DNA from: Candidatus Obscuribacterales bacterium
GTDB lineage: Bacteria > Cyanobacteriota > Vampirovibrionia > Obscuribacterales > Obscuribacteraceae
Assembly (NCBI GenBank): GCA_965228855.1
Contig: CBDDIJ010000005.1
Coordinates: 64,001-128,000 of the forward strand
DNA length: 64,000 nucleotides
Direction: 5' to 3'
The translations under genes were made by a program, and so were the position numbers. Below the pieces are notes generated by a model. The model was not told the origin of the DNA, did no database searches, and saw only the letters and a list, made by a program, of their open reading frames with translations. This document shows, piece by piece, positions 53,667 through 63,385 of this stretch (positions are counted from its first letter, which is position 1; each line of letters begins with the position of its first letter).

Positions 53667-55796
53667 ATGAACACCAAGAAAAGCAAGTCATTCGTCACCT
53701 CGCTGTCCTATTTTTGCCTGATACCGTCTTTAGTGGCAGGCTCAGCGCTTTTGCAGCCGGCAAAAGCAGAGGAGAACAAAGCGACGGAGAAGCAGGAAAA
53801 GAAAGCCGCTGACAAAGCCGCCAAAAAAACAGAGAAAGACAAAGGCGAAGTAAAAACCTCGAAGCCCGAAAAGAGCAAAGGCGGGGAGAAGACCTCGAAG
53901 TCAGACAAGGTCAAGGGCTCAGGCAAAGAAGCTGATAAAACAGCCGACACAAAGAAGACTCCGTTCAAAGCTCAGGTGGAGCCGCAGCGCCGAAAAATTT
54001 CAACACCGGCTCCAGCCTACCCTGTAAAACTGGCAGTAGCATCGAACCCGAAAACATCAGCTGCGTTGCTGTCTAAACTAGGTTCTGATCCAAGCGATCT
54101 GGTCAGACGTCAGGTTGCTGCAAATCCAAGCTGTCCCCCCGAAGTTCGTAAGCAATTGGCGGACGATTCCGATCAATTGGTTATCGAAGCCCTGTTGAGA
54201 AACCCAACGCCGCTCGACGCAAAATTGCTCTACAACCTGGCCTCGTCCGGTCTGCCGAAAGTTTGTGAAACAATCGCGGCCAACCCAGCGACACCACCTG
54301 CGGTGCTATCTAAACTGGCTCACGGTCATACTCAAACCGAATTCTTGCTTCTCTCACTGGCGCGCAATAAGTCGACATCGCAAGACGTGGTCGACCGACT
54401 CGTCAAAGTAGGAGATCGCCTGGTCCGCACCTTCCTGGCGCGCCAAGCCGGTTTGAGCCTGCCCTCCTACCAAGCGCTGGCTGACGACGGAGACCTCGGC
54501 GTTCGTTCCATGGTTGCTGGAAATCCGTCGGTGCCTCCGGAGGTACTGGCGAAACTGGCCAAGGATCCGAACATGGTCGTCCGCATCGGAGTCGCCGGCA
54601 ACCCGAGCACTCCCCAAGATGCGCTCACCGACCTGGCCTCGGACAAGAGCTGGGAAGTAGAGATGGAAGTAGTGCTGAATCCATCCACTCCGATTAATAT
54701 CGTCGAATCACTCGCGAACGACAAAGAAGAGAAAGTTCGCTGGTCTGTGGCGGCGAATCCGGCGATTCCTGACACCATTTTGCAAAAACTGATCAAGGAC
54801 AAATCGATTCGCGTAAGAACGGCAGTGGCAGCCAATCCCAACACGAGCAAAGAGACGCTGAAGCTGCTCTTTGACAAACCGGAGATTGCAGTTGCTCAAG
54901 TCCTGGCCTCTAGAGCCGATCTTACAGAAGAGGATTTCGGGTCGCTGGCGAAAAATGAATCAGCGCTCGTGCGCTATGTGCTGGCAAACAACGCCGGCAT
55001 ACCGGTGAACGTAGCGAAAGAACTCGCAAAAGATTCTGACTATGCCGTGCGAGCCGCGCTGGCCGCCAACACTTTCCAGAAATCGACGGATAAGGCGGCG
55101 ATGGCAGAGCTTCTGACCGCCCTGGGCAGCGATCAGAATGAAATCGTTCGTCAGGCCCTTGCAACCAACTCGAGCGCACCGCAAAGTGTTCTCACGTTGC
55201 TCGGACACGACAACTGCTCCAACGTATTGAAAGGTTTAGCCGCTAACCCTTCGACGCCTGCGGATACTCTGCTGGTACTTGCAGATTGCAAAGATCTCGG
55301 AGTAAAACAGCAGTTGCTCTTCCGTCGCGACGCCTCTGAAGAAGTGGTCAAGCGAGTTGCCGACGATGCAGACACTGTATTGAAAATAAACCTGGCGTCT
55401 TCGGCGGCGACGAAACCTTATGTGCTGGAGCACTTGTCGACAGACAAAGATCCCTCGGTGCGCGCTGTGGCGGCGGCTCATCCCGCGATGCCCGCCGACA
55501 GTTTGCTGCAGCTGTCCAAGGACAGCAGTCCGATCGTCAGAGCATCGGCAGCAGCAAACCCCTCAGCCAAGGGTGACATTCTCGGCAATCTCTCCGGTGA
55601 CACAGAGGATCGCGTCAGAATTGCGGTCGCCTCCAATCCAGGGGCAGGCGCTGAGATTCTCGGAAAACTTGCAAAAGACCAACGTCCGGAAGTTCGCCGC
55701 GCCGTTGCATCGAATCCGCAAGCGACCGATGATGTGCTACAAACTCTCGCACAGGATGATGTGACGTGGCTCGCAACGCCGGAAGCCGCGCAGTAA
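53667..55796 (+). CDS. Secreted leucine-rich-repeat-variant (LRV/HEAT-like) repeat protein
   Basis: Signal peptide ending in AKA, Lys/Glu-rich linker, then about 24 repeats of consensus L..LA.D....VR..VA.NP.TP. Confidence 0.85.
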   Translation: MNTKKSKSFVTSLSYFCLIPSLVAGSALLQPAKAEENKATEKQEKKAADKAAKKTEKDKGEVKTSKPEKSKGGEKTSKSDKVKGSGKEADKTADTKKTPFKAQVEPQRRKISTPAPAYPVKLAVASNPKTSAALLSKLGSDPSDLVRRQVAANPSCPPEVRKQLADDSDQLVIEALLRNPTPLDAKLLYNLASSGLPKVCETIAANPATPPAVLSKLAHGHTQTEFLLLSLARNKSTSQDVVDRLVKVGDRLVRTFLARQAGLSLPSYQALADDGDLGVRSMVAGNPSVPPEVLAKLAKDPNMVVRIGVAGNPSTPQDALTDLASDKSWEVEMEVVLNPSTPINIVESLANDKEEKVRWSVAANPAIPDTILQKLIKDKSIRVRTAVAANPNTSKETLKLLFDKPEIAVAQVLASRADLTEEDFGSLAKNESALVRYVLANNAGIPVNVAKELAKDSDYAVRAALAANTFQKSTDKAAMAELLTALGSDQNEIVRQALATNSSAPQSVLTLLGHDNCSNVLKGLAANPSTPADTLLVLADCKDLGVKQQLLFRRDASEEVVKRVADDADTVLKINLASSAATKPYVLEHLSTDKDPSVRAVAAAHPAMPADSLLQLSKDSSPIVRASAAANPSAKGDILGNLSGDTEDRVRIAVASNPGAGAEILGKLAKDQRPEVRRAVASNPQATDDVLQTLAQDDVTWLATPEAAQ

Positions 55797-55843
55797 GTTA
55801 AGGTTGGGATCGCGCTGCTCAGGCGGCGACAGAAGAGGAAATA

Positions 55844-57049
55844 ATGAAAGAGGTAGTCATAGTTGATGCGTGCCGCACTCCAATCGGTCGGTATGGTGGC
55901 GCACTTAAAGATGTTCGCGCAGATGATCTGGCAGCGATAGTCATCAAAGCAATCTTAGCGAGAAACAATTTTGATCCGAGTTTGGTCGAAGATGTTCTCA
56001 TGGGGTGCGCCAATCAAGCAGGCGAAGACAACCGCAACGTGGCACGTATGGCACTGCTGCTTGCAGGTCTACCTGTCACCGTCCCTGGTGGTACGGTCAA
56101 TCGCCTTTGCGGGTCCGGTCTAATGGCGATCAACGAAGCGGCCAAGGCGATCCAGGTGGGCGAAGGAGATATCTACATCGCAGGCGGAGTCGAGTCGATG
56201 ACTCGCTCTCCATTCGTCATGGCAAAGCCTGAAGGCGCGTTTCCCCGCGGCGAAATCAAAATGTTTGATACCACTCTAGGCTGGCGCTTCACCAACCCGA
56301 AGCTTGCCGAGATGCACTATCCATACTCGATGGGAGAAACAGCTGAAAACGTCGCGGAGAAGTTCAAAATCTCTCGCGAGGATCAAGACGAGTTTGCGGT
56401 TTCAAGTCAAACGAAATATCGAGACGCGCAAATGAAGGGCTCCTTCAAGTCTGAGATTGTGAAAGTAGAACTGCCTCCCAAGAAAGGCTCCAAAGAACCG
56501 CAACTGGTAGACACGGACGAACATCCAAGACCGGAAACCTCAATCGCCGATTTGCAGAGGTTGAAACCGGCTTTCCGTGAAGGCGGCTCGGTCACGGCCG
56601 GCAATTCGTCCGGTATCAATGATGGTGCCGCAGCAGTTCTTCTGATGTCGGCGGAGAAAGCTAAAGAGCTTGGAGCCAAGCCACTTGCGCGGTTCATTTC
56701 TTCCGGAGTGTCAGGCGTAGATCCGGCGATAATGGGCATCGGTCCAATCGAAGCATCACGCAAAGCGTTATCCAGAGCGAAACTGGAAGTTAAAGACCTC
56801 GACCTGATCGAATTGAACGAAGCATTCGCAGCTCAGGTTCTAGCTTGTCAGAGAGAACTAAAAATCCCGCTCGACAAACTGAACGTGAACGGCGGCGCCA
56901 TCGCCCTCGGACACCCGCTCGGAGCATCGGGAGCACGGATATTGACTACGCTCATCCATGAGCTCAAGCGTACTGAGGGTCGATACGGTCTCGCCAGCAT
57001 GTGCATCGGCGTCGGACAGGGAATCGCTGCTGTTATCGAACGCGCCTGA
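55844..57049 (+). CDS. Acetyl-CoA C-acyltransferase (thiolase, PcaF/PaaJ-like)
   Basis: [41 protein letters not shown]. Confidence 0.93.
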   Translation: MKEVVIVDACRTPIGRYGGALKDVRADDLAAIVIKAILARNNFDPSLVEDVLMGCANQAGEDNRNVARMALLLAGLPVTVPGGTVNRLCGSGLMAINEAAKAIQVGEGDIYIAGGVESMTRSPFVMAKPEGAFPRGEIKMFDTTLGWRFTNPKLAEMHYPYSMGETAENVAEKFKISREDQDEFAVSSQTKYRDAQMKGSFKSEIVKVELPPKKGSKEPQLVDTDEHPRPETSIADLQRLKPAFREGGSVTAGNSSGINDGAAAVLLMSAEKAKELGAKPLARFISSGVSGVDPAIMGIGPIEASRKALSRAKLEVKDLDLIELNEAFAAQVLACQRELKIPLDKLNVNGGAIALGHPLGASGARILTTLIHELKRTEGRYGLASMCIGVGQGIAAVIERA

Positions 57050-57179
57050 GCGCACGTCCGATAAAAGAGTGAGTTTCGCCAACATAAACGATAAGGTTTA
57101 AGTTACGGGCTCAGTCAGGTATAAAATCAAGAGATAAGCAGGCACTACCTGAGAAAGGTTCAGGTGTTTGAAAGGGAAC

Positions 57180-58448
57180 ATGTCCTCCACTTTCAAGTTT
57201 CTTCAGTTGTCCGATGTCCACCTCGATTCCCCTCAGAATCGCGGTGTACTTTCATACTCCTCCGCACAGAGAGCGGCTCGCTATACCGATCTGGTAGAGT
57301 CACTGGTTGGCGCGATGCGTGTGGCCAGCGACCAGAAGGTCGACGCGGTTTTGATCCCGGGCGGTCTTTGGGATCATCGCAGCATACGTGGGGAAACAGC
57401 CGGTACTGTTCTTGAAGCTATCGCGGAGTTGAATGACATACCTGTCTTCATCACGCCTGGTGAAGGTGATCCATACACACTCGACAGCTATTACCACCCC
57501 ACTTTTCTAGCGGCACGCGGCATGAGAAGTTGGCCGAAAAATGCTTTTGTGTTCAACTCGCCTGAGTTTACGACTTTCAAACATCCAAGCCGAGACGACA
57601 TTGCTGTCACAGGCTACGCTCATTTGAGTTCGCGAAAAATTTCCGACAGACTGCTGGGCAGCTATGTAAACCGTGATGATAACGTGACTTTCAACATACT
57701 GCTATTTCACGGATCGCTGGACTCGTATCCTGGAATCGACGGGCATGCAGATAGGATTACTGCGCCATTCTCGGTAGAAGAGCTTGCCGCCCAGCGTTTC
57801 AACTACACAGCCCTTGGACATTTCCATGAATACACGGAATTATGCGATGAAAACGATCAGGTGATCGGGGCTTACTCAGGCTGTTTGAGCGGTCGAAATT
57901 TCGATGAACTCGGTCCGCGAGTTGCAATGTTGGGAACTGTGACCGTCGACGACAACGGTCAGAGTTCAACTTTGCTGGAACCGATTGAAGTGGCAAGCAA
58001 CCGCCTCACTTACCTTCCTATTGATGTATCGGGACTCGACGCAGAAGGGATAAAAGCAGAAATAGAGTACGGGGTTCAAGAACTGGAAATCAGGCCGGAT
58101 GTGGATATCGTGTGCATCAGCCTCGAGGGCACGCACACACCGGACGTGGAGCCTTATTCGATCGCTCAAAAACTCCGCCCCGATTTCTATCACCTTCTGA
58201 TTGTGGATAGAACCAGACCTGATTATTTAGCCGAAGAATACGATCCGCGCACCACCGAATACAAATATCTGGAGAGCATGTTGGAGAAACAGCGCCAGGC
58301 GGAAGCGAAGCGCGCGGAGAATCCGAACGCCGATACATTGAACAATGTTCCGGGATTTCTGATGTCGGCAAAAACGATTGAAGATGCGCTCTACTACGGT
58401 CTCGATGCACTCAAGCGACAAAAGGTAACTCATCGCCATGTGGATTGA
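57180..58448 (+). CDS. SbcD/Mre11 (YhaO-like) metallophosphoesterase with altered motifs II and III
   Basis: SDVHLD, PGGLWD, PGEGD, FHGS, ALGHFH, YSG...GR.FDE.G; overlaps the downstream SMC-like gene. Confidence 0.85.
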   Translation: MSSTFKFLQLSDVHLDSPQNRGVLSYSSAQRAARYTDLVESLVGAMRVASDQKVDAVLIPGGLWDHRSIRGETAGTVLEAIAELNDIPVFITPGEGDPYTLDSYYHPTFLAARGMRSWPKNAFVFNSPEFTTFKHPSRDDIAVTGYAHLSSRKISDRLLGSYVNRDDNVTFNILLFHGSLDSYPGIDGHADRITAPFSVEELAAQRFNYTALGHFHEYTELCDENDQVIGAYSGCLSGRNFDELGPRVAMLGTVTVDDNGQSSTLLEPIEVASNRLTYLPIDVSGLDAEGIKAEIEYGVQELEIRPDVDIVCISLEGTHTPDVEPYSIAQKLRPDFYHLLIVDRTRPDYLAEEYDPRTTEYKYLESMLEKQRQAEAKRAENPNADTLNNVPGFLMSAKTIEDALYYGLDALKRQKVTHRHVD

Positions 58449-61422
58449 GAAGATCACACTTTATGGATTTGGTGGCATCACCAACGAAGAAATTGAGTTT
58501 GGCTCCGACGAACTCAATTTAATTGTGGAGTCCAATGAGTACGGCAAGTCCACTCTGGCTGAAGGAATCTGGGCAACCCTCTTTGATTTTCCGGAACACG
58601 GCAGCAAAGCAGCGATTCAAGAACGCGAACACTTCAAACCGTGGGAAGAAAAAGCACCCTACAAAGCGGTTCTCGAACTGCGAGTCGACGATCGCCCGCT
58701 GCGAATCACCAGAAATTTCGAGAAGAAGGAAGTCGAGGTCTTTGACAGAAGCACAAATCAAGACGTGACCGCCGAGTTCACATCCGGCGGGAAAGACCAT
58801 ACAGATGGTGACACAATAGGCTTTAAGATCACAGGTATGAGTCGCGATCTATTTCGCAACACTTGCCTGCTTGGTCAACGCCATCTCGATGCGCACCATG
58901 TTGGTGGCTCAAGCGACATAGCACCTGTTTTTCAAGGGATGGCGGACACCGCCAGTCCGGTTAGCACCGCCAGTGGTGCAATTGAGTCGTTGAATGAAGC
59001 TCTCCAAGACTACACATTCGCGGGCGCGTCCTCGAAAAAAATGTCTGTCGAAGATGCGATAAAGGAACTGGAGTCAAGCAAAACGGAGCTTCACCAGAAG
59101 CTTGCCCAGATGGACATCGAGTTCCGAAAGACCTCGGAACTTCTAGAGGAGTTGAACTCGCTCGATGAAGCCGTTGAGGGAAGTGAGCCGGTTGAAGTCG
59201 ATCCGACGCTGGCAAGTGAGTTCGACGCTTACCGTTTGGAACTGAAAGAACTGGAACGAAAACTAGAAAACGCGTCGCAGCGGTACGAGCAGAAGTTAAA
59301 GCTGGAGGAGGATTTGCGAGCCATAGACATGGCAGCTCCGATCAGCGCTTCGGCAGCCCTTGCCCTCAAAGACCTGTGGACAAGAAAACAATCGCGCCAG
59401 ACCGATGCAGATCGACTTGCCGAAGATATTGCGCCTCAGCAAGAAGAGTACGAGCGTCTCGAACAGGAGATTCGCGAACGCTACAAAAACTTAGAATCGC
59501 TTACAGTAGATGAAGCAAACAGCATATCCGCTCTGGCAATCAGTCTATACAAGCTGCAGCAAGATCTCAACGATCTTCAGAGACAGCACAAAGAGCAAGC
59601 CGGAATGCATTTGCAGAAGCTTATGGTTTCCAGCAAGCAAGCCGGCGCAGCACTTGATGTGCTCAAGTCGCTTACTAAGGTGGAAATAGAAGAGGCGAAA
59701 AACTATTCTTCGCTTCTAATCATGTTTTACGAGCAGGTTCAAGAAGAACAAAAACGCATTCAAGAAGTCAAATTTAGCATCGACGACATCGAAGAGCGCA
59801 GACGTCACAATCGCAACGCTAACACAGGAAAGATGCTCGGCTGTTTTGTCGCAGCCATAGTTTGCGTCGTGTTTCTGATCTTCTCTCAAGGCGTCAAAGA
59901 GATTCCTCAGATTGCAGTCATTGCAACTGTGTGTGTTTTTCTCCTTGCATTTCTGGCAGGTTTAGTCTTTGCTGGAATGATTTTAAATTTCAGATACTAT
60001 TTAAAGGACGACGCAGCAAGCGCGAGTGAAGAAGAGCAAAAACACAAGAAAGCTCTGGCTGCTGTTAAAACCAAGATTGCCAACCTCGAAAGCAAGCTGA
60101 CGGCTTTAGCGGTAAAAACGGGAACGCCGAACAGAGAAGATCTGATCAGATTTATAAACGAAGCATCGACCCACGAAGACGTACTCTCCGAGCAGGAGAA
60201 CAGAGATCAGTCGCTCGGCAACGAAGAAGCTCGCATGCGAAAAATACAGCGGGACCTAACCTACTTTTTCGACAAAGCCGGACGCGATAGCAGTGTAATA
60301 GATTCACAGCGTGCGATGGATTTATCGCAAGACATCCAGCAGTATCATAAGGAACGAGAGGCGCTAGAAGCGCAGTTTAACGAAATCCGCACGACCCGGA
60401 AACAACTTGATTTTCTTCTTGCAGAAATCGACGATAGCGCACGCGAATTGGAGATTTTGCTGGAGCGCTCCGGGGTGGAGATCGTCAACCAGGACGAAAT
60501 CCAAGACAAGATCAACGAGCTTTTGCAGTCGGATGTCGATAGACAGGCCGTGCAGAACGAAATCGCGAAGATAGACTACGACCTTGCAGGCTACCAGGAC
60601 GCACGCGAAGCGATTACCAATATGGAATTCGAACGTGACGTCATCAAAGACAAAATCCGCAATTTGATTCACGAACATCCGGACCTCCAGCACTTACCGG
60701 AACCCGATGAGTCTGCGCCAAAGAAAGCCGTGCTCCCATGGGGAGCGACACCGGAACCGGTGGCGACAGCGAAGAAAGCGAAAGTCGATAACGGTGCGAA
60801 AAAGGAAGAGCTGCTCGTACAGATCCGCACAGCCATGAACTATCGTGACGAACACTATCTTGAGACGGTCGAAGATCTAGCGAATATAGACCACGAGTTA
60901 ACCTGCGCAAAACGGGCGAAGCTGGCACTTACGATGGCTCGGGACGTGATCTCAAAACTTTCTTCTGAAACCTACGAGGACTGGTCGCAAGAGCTGAACA
61001 AGGAATCGGAGCGGCTGATCTCCCAGTTGAACATGGACATCGAGAGTATGGCTTTCGATCATTCGCTACGAATGGTTTTCAAACTCAGAGGGCATGACCG
61101 CGAATTCAGTTCCCAGGATGTTGCGAAACTATCAACTGGAACTCGCGAGCAAATTCACTGGTTGGCGCGCATCATATTGTCCAGCTTCTTGTCTAAACGC
61201 CAATCACTGCCGATCGTGCTTGATGAGCCCTTCAGTGAAGCTGATGACGCGCGCTTCTTGAGCATGATGCGTTTTCTTATCAACTCTATCGCTCCGCACA
61301 ATCAAATCATCATTTTGAGCTGCCACCACCAACGACACCAGTGGCTGGCATCGCAACTGAGTGCAACCGAGCAAGGCAAACTTTCGTTCCGGGCACGTAA
61401 AGGCGCTCTCTCTATTAACTAG
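58438..61422 (+). CDS. SMC/Rad50-like (YhaN-type) ABC ATPase with a central TM hairpin
   Basis: Walker A SNEYGKST, signature LSTGTREQ, Walker B IVLDEPF, H-loop LSCH; long coiled coils with two hydrophobic helices in the middle. Confidence 0.88.
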   Translation: MWIEKITLYGFGGITNEEIEFGSDELNLIVESNEYGKSTLAEGIWATLFDFPEHGSKAAIQEREHFKPWEEKAPYKAVLELRVDDRPLRITRNFEKKEVEVFDRSTNQDVTAEFTSGGKDHTDGDTIGFKITGMSRDLFRNTCLLGQRHLDAHHVGGSSDIAPVFQGMADTASPVSTASGAIESLNEALQDYTFAGASSKKMSVEDAIKELESSKTELHQKLAQMDIEFRKTSELLEELNSLDEAVEGSEPVEVDPTLASEFDAYRLELKELERKLENASQRYEQKLKLEEDLRAIDMAAPISASAALALKDLWTRKQSRQTDADRLAEDIAPQQEEYERLEQEIRERYKNLESLTVDEANSISALAISLYKLQQDLNDLQRQHKEQAGMHLQKLMVSSKQAGAALDVLKSLTKVEIEEAKNYSSLLIMFYEQVQEEQKRIQEVKFSIDDIEERRRHNRNANTGKMLGCFVAAIVCVVFLIFSQGVKEIPQIAVIATVCVFLLAFLAGLVFAGMILNFRYYLKDDAASASEEEQKHKKALAAVKTKIANLESKLTALAVKTGTPNREDLIRFINEASTHEDVLSEQENRDQSLGNEEARMRKIQRDLTYFFDKAGRDSSVIDSQRAMDLSQDIQQYHKEREALEAQFNEIRTTRKQLDFLLAEIDDSARELEILLERSGVEIVNQDEIQDKINELLQSDVDRQAVQNEIAKIDYDLAGYQDAREAITNMEFERDVIKDKIRNLIHEHPDLQHLPEPDESAPKKAVLPWGATPEPVATAKKAKVDNGAKKEELLVQIRTAMNYRDEHYLETVEDLANIDHELTCAKRAKLALTMARDVISKLSSETYEDWSQELNKESERLISQLNMDIESMAFDHSLRMVFKLRGHDREFSSQDVAKLSTGTREQIHWLARIILSSFLSKRQSLPIVLDEPFSEADDARFLSMMRFLINSIAPHNQIIILSCHHQRHQWLASQLSATEQGKLSFRARKGALSIN

Positions 61423-62561
61423 GGAGTGATGCTGACCGGCGGCTTGGATGTGATCGACTGCGGCAGCGTTATCCGGATGATTGAATTATCTTCTTGCTGG
61501 CTGACGAAGAGATTTCCGCCTGGTCCCAGCGTCAGGTAATACGGCTTTTTAAAATCGGTAGCGATAACCGTCGAAATACCGGCTGGAGTGATGCGAGCGA
61601 CGGTACCGCCCGAGTAGTTTGCCACATAGATGTTGCCACCATCATCAGCAACCAGACCGATCGGACCTTTCAAATGGCCGCCGGTCGCAAAGGTTGAGCG
61701 AGTGCCATCACGACTGATGCGATCGACAGAGTTGCTGTTGAAATTGGCCACATAAAGATTGCCCTGATTGTCGAACGTCAATCCAGACGGTGCATGGAAG
61801 CCTGTTGCGATCACGCGGACCGCTGAGTTTGCGAGGACCGGAGTCGGTTTAGAACCGCCGCTGGTGCTTCCCGTAGCTGGAGGCGTCTGGCTTTGCGTAT
61901 AAGTTCGAGGCGCGGTATTTTGCGGCGTCTGCAGATTTGTTGCTGGCGGCGTATAGGTCTGAGAGGGCGGAGAGTAGCTTTGCGGCGGCGACTGCGCCGG
62001 CGGCTGGTATGTTTGAGCCGGCGGCGACTGAGTTTGCTGAGGTGCCGGACGCGCACTCTCTGTCGTCGAGGGAAGCGCGGTAGGTGTCGTATTTCCGGTC
62101 GCTATTTTCTGATCGCACTCCTGCCCTTTCCGCTGAGCATCCTGGAAATGCACGTTGGCAGGTGCAATTTGATTGAACCATTTTTTCGCTTCGGCATACT
62201 GTCCGAGTCCCATGTTGACCACTCCGAGCTGAAATTGAGCATCGGCATCGGCTGGTTTGACGCGCAATACTTCTTCGAAGCGACTAACTGACTCTTTCAG
62301 TCGACGCTGACTCTGGTACAGAACGCCAAGGTTGTACTGAGCATCTGCAAGGTTCGGGTCAATATCAGTCGCTCGTTTAAAGAAAATAATCGCCGACTCA
62401 GGACTGCCCTGCTTATATGCGTTGAGCCCTAAGTTATACATACTAATCGCGCGAGGGTCCGTGCTCTGGGCGAAAGCAGCTTTCTCGACAAGACCGAGAT
62501 CGGTACCGACCAGGATCGAGCATGCTATCAAAGAAAGGGCGACTCGTTGCAATGGCATCAT
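61419..62561 (-). CDS. Exported TPR + Pro/Thr/Gln linker + NHL-like beta-propeller repeat protein
   Basis: Signal peptide, TPRs (AQYNLG, AQFQLG), low-complexity linker, repeats P.GL..D..GN.YVAN. Confidence 0.82.
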   Translation of the reverse strand: MMPLQRVALSLIACSILVGTDLGLVEKAAFAQSTDPRAISMYNLGLNAYKQGSPESAIIFFKRATDIDPNLADAQYNLGVLYQSQRRLKESVSRFEEVLRVKPADADAQFQLGVVNMGLGQYAEAKKWFNQIAPANVHFQDAQRKGQECDQKIATGNTTPTALPSTTESARPAPQQTQSPPAQTYQPPAQSPPQSYSPPSQTYTPPATNLQTPQNTAPRTYTQSQTPPATGSTSGGSKPTPVLANSAVRVIATGFHAPSGLTFDNQGNLYVANFNSNSVDRISRDGTRSTFATGGHLKGPIGLVADDGGNIYVANYSGGTVARITPAGISTVIATDFKKPYYLTLGPGGNLFVSQQEDNSIIRITLPQSITSKPPVSITP

Positions 62562-62796
62562 CAGCGAACAACTCCTGAAACGTTAACAGGTTCTAGGTTT
62601 CCAGCTCTAGAACCATGACTAAGAAAGACTCGAATACCCGAAATCAAAGCTGGGCCTGTGATTTTATGCCAAAAAAGGGAAGATCGTTTAGCATGGAGGT
62701 ATGAGCCTTCGCTCATAATCGACCCAGAGTTGAATCGATTACCAGAGCAATTTTAGAAGGGTTCATCCTAATTAGCATGAGAGGAAGCCACAGATT

Positions 62797-63273
62797 ATGC
62801 GAACAGTGGGACATATTATTACCTCGGCAGGCGTAGCCGGGGCTAGCTATATGCGCTACAAGTCGAAACCGGCGGCTGTAGCAACGTTCTTAGTCGGCTG
62901 GCTTATCGATCTGGACCACCTGGTCGACTATGTCAAAGCCCACGGCTGGCGCCCCCATTGGGGAAAGTTCGCAGAAGCGGCGCACGAGGACTACTCAGGC
63001 AAGCTGTATCTTCCGTTACATTCTTACGAGCTTCTGGCTCTGTTCTTCTTTCTCTTCAAAGGCCCTACGCGTCAGCCATACCGCGTTGGAATTACCCTTT
63101 CGATTCTCACCCATCTGCTCTTGGACCAGCGCTGCAATCCGGGAAGAAAACCTTCTACATACTTCCTGACGCACCGAATTCGCAAACGATTCGACGCTCA
63201 CGAAATCCTGAAACCCGCTTGCAGAGAGGCGATTGTGGCACGCCGCGCCAGACGCAATCCGAACCAGATGTAG
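62797..63273 (+). CDS. YdjM-like membrane metal-dependent hydrolase family protein
   Basis: GH, DLDH, LHS and H.LLD motifs in the YdjM arrangement; SD GAGGA. Confidence 0.65.
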   Translation: MRTVGHIITSAGVAGASYMRYKSKPAAVATFLVGWLIDLDHLVDYVKAHGWRPHWGKFAEAAHEDYSGKLYLPLHSYELLALFFFLFKGPTRQPYRVGITLSILTHLLLDQRCNPGRKPSTYFLTHRIRKRFDAHEILKPACREAIVARRARRNPNQM

Positions 63274-63313
63274 CTCGCCGCGCCAGACGCAATCAGAACC
63301 CAATGTAGCTCGC
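63241..63313 (+). repeat. 35-bp tandem duplication covering the stop codon
   Basis: 63241-63275 vs 63276-63310, 32/35 identical. Confidence 0.9.
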
Positions 63314-63385
63314 AGAGCACAGCGAAATTCTCACGGGTGCGGTTGAAGACAGTGTCAACCGGGATAAATATCGGGGCGCCATGCG

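Noticed and set aside
57180..61422. Wadjet or Lamassu defence system call
   Set aside because: No kleisin/KITE, JetD or separate effector genes; the layout matches YhaO/YhaN instead.
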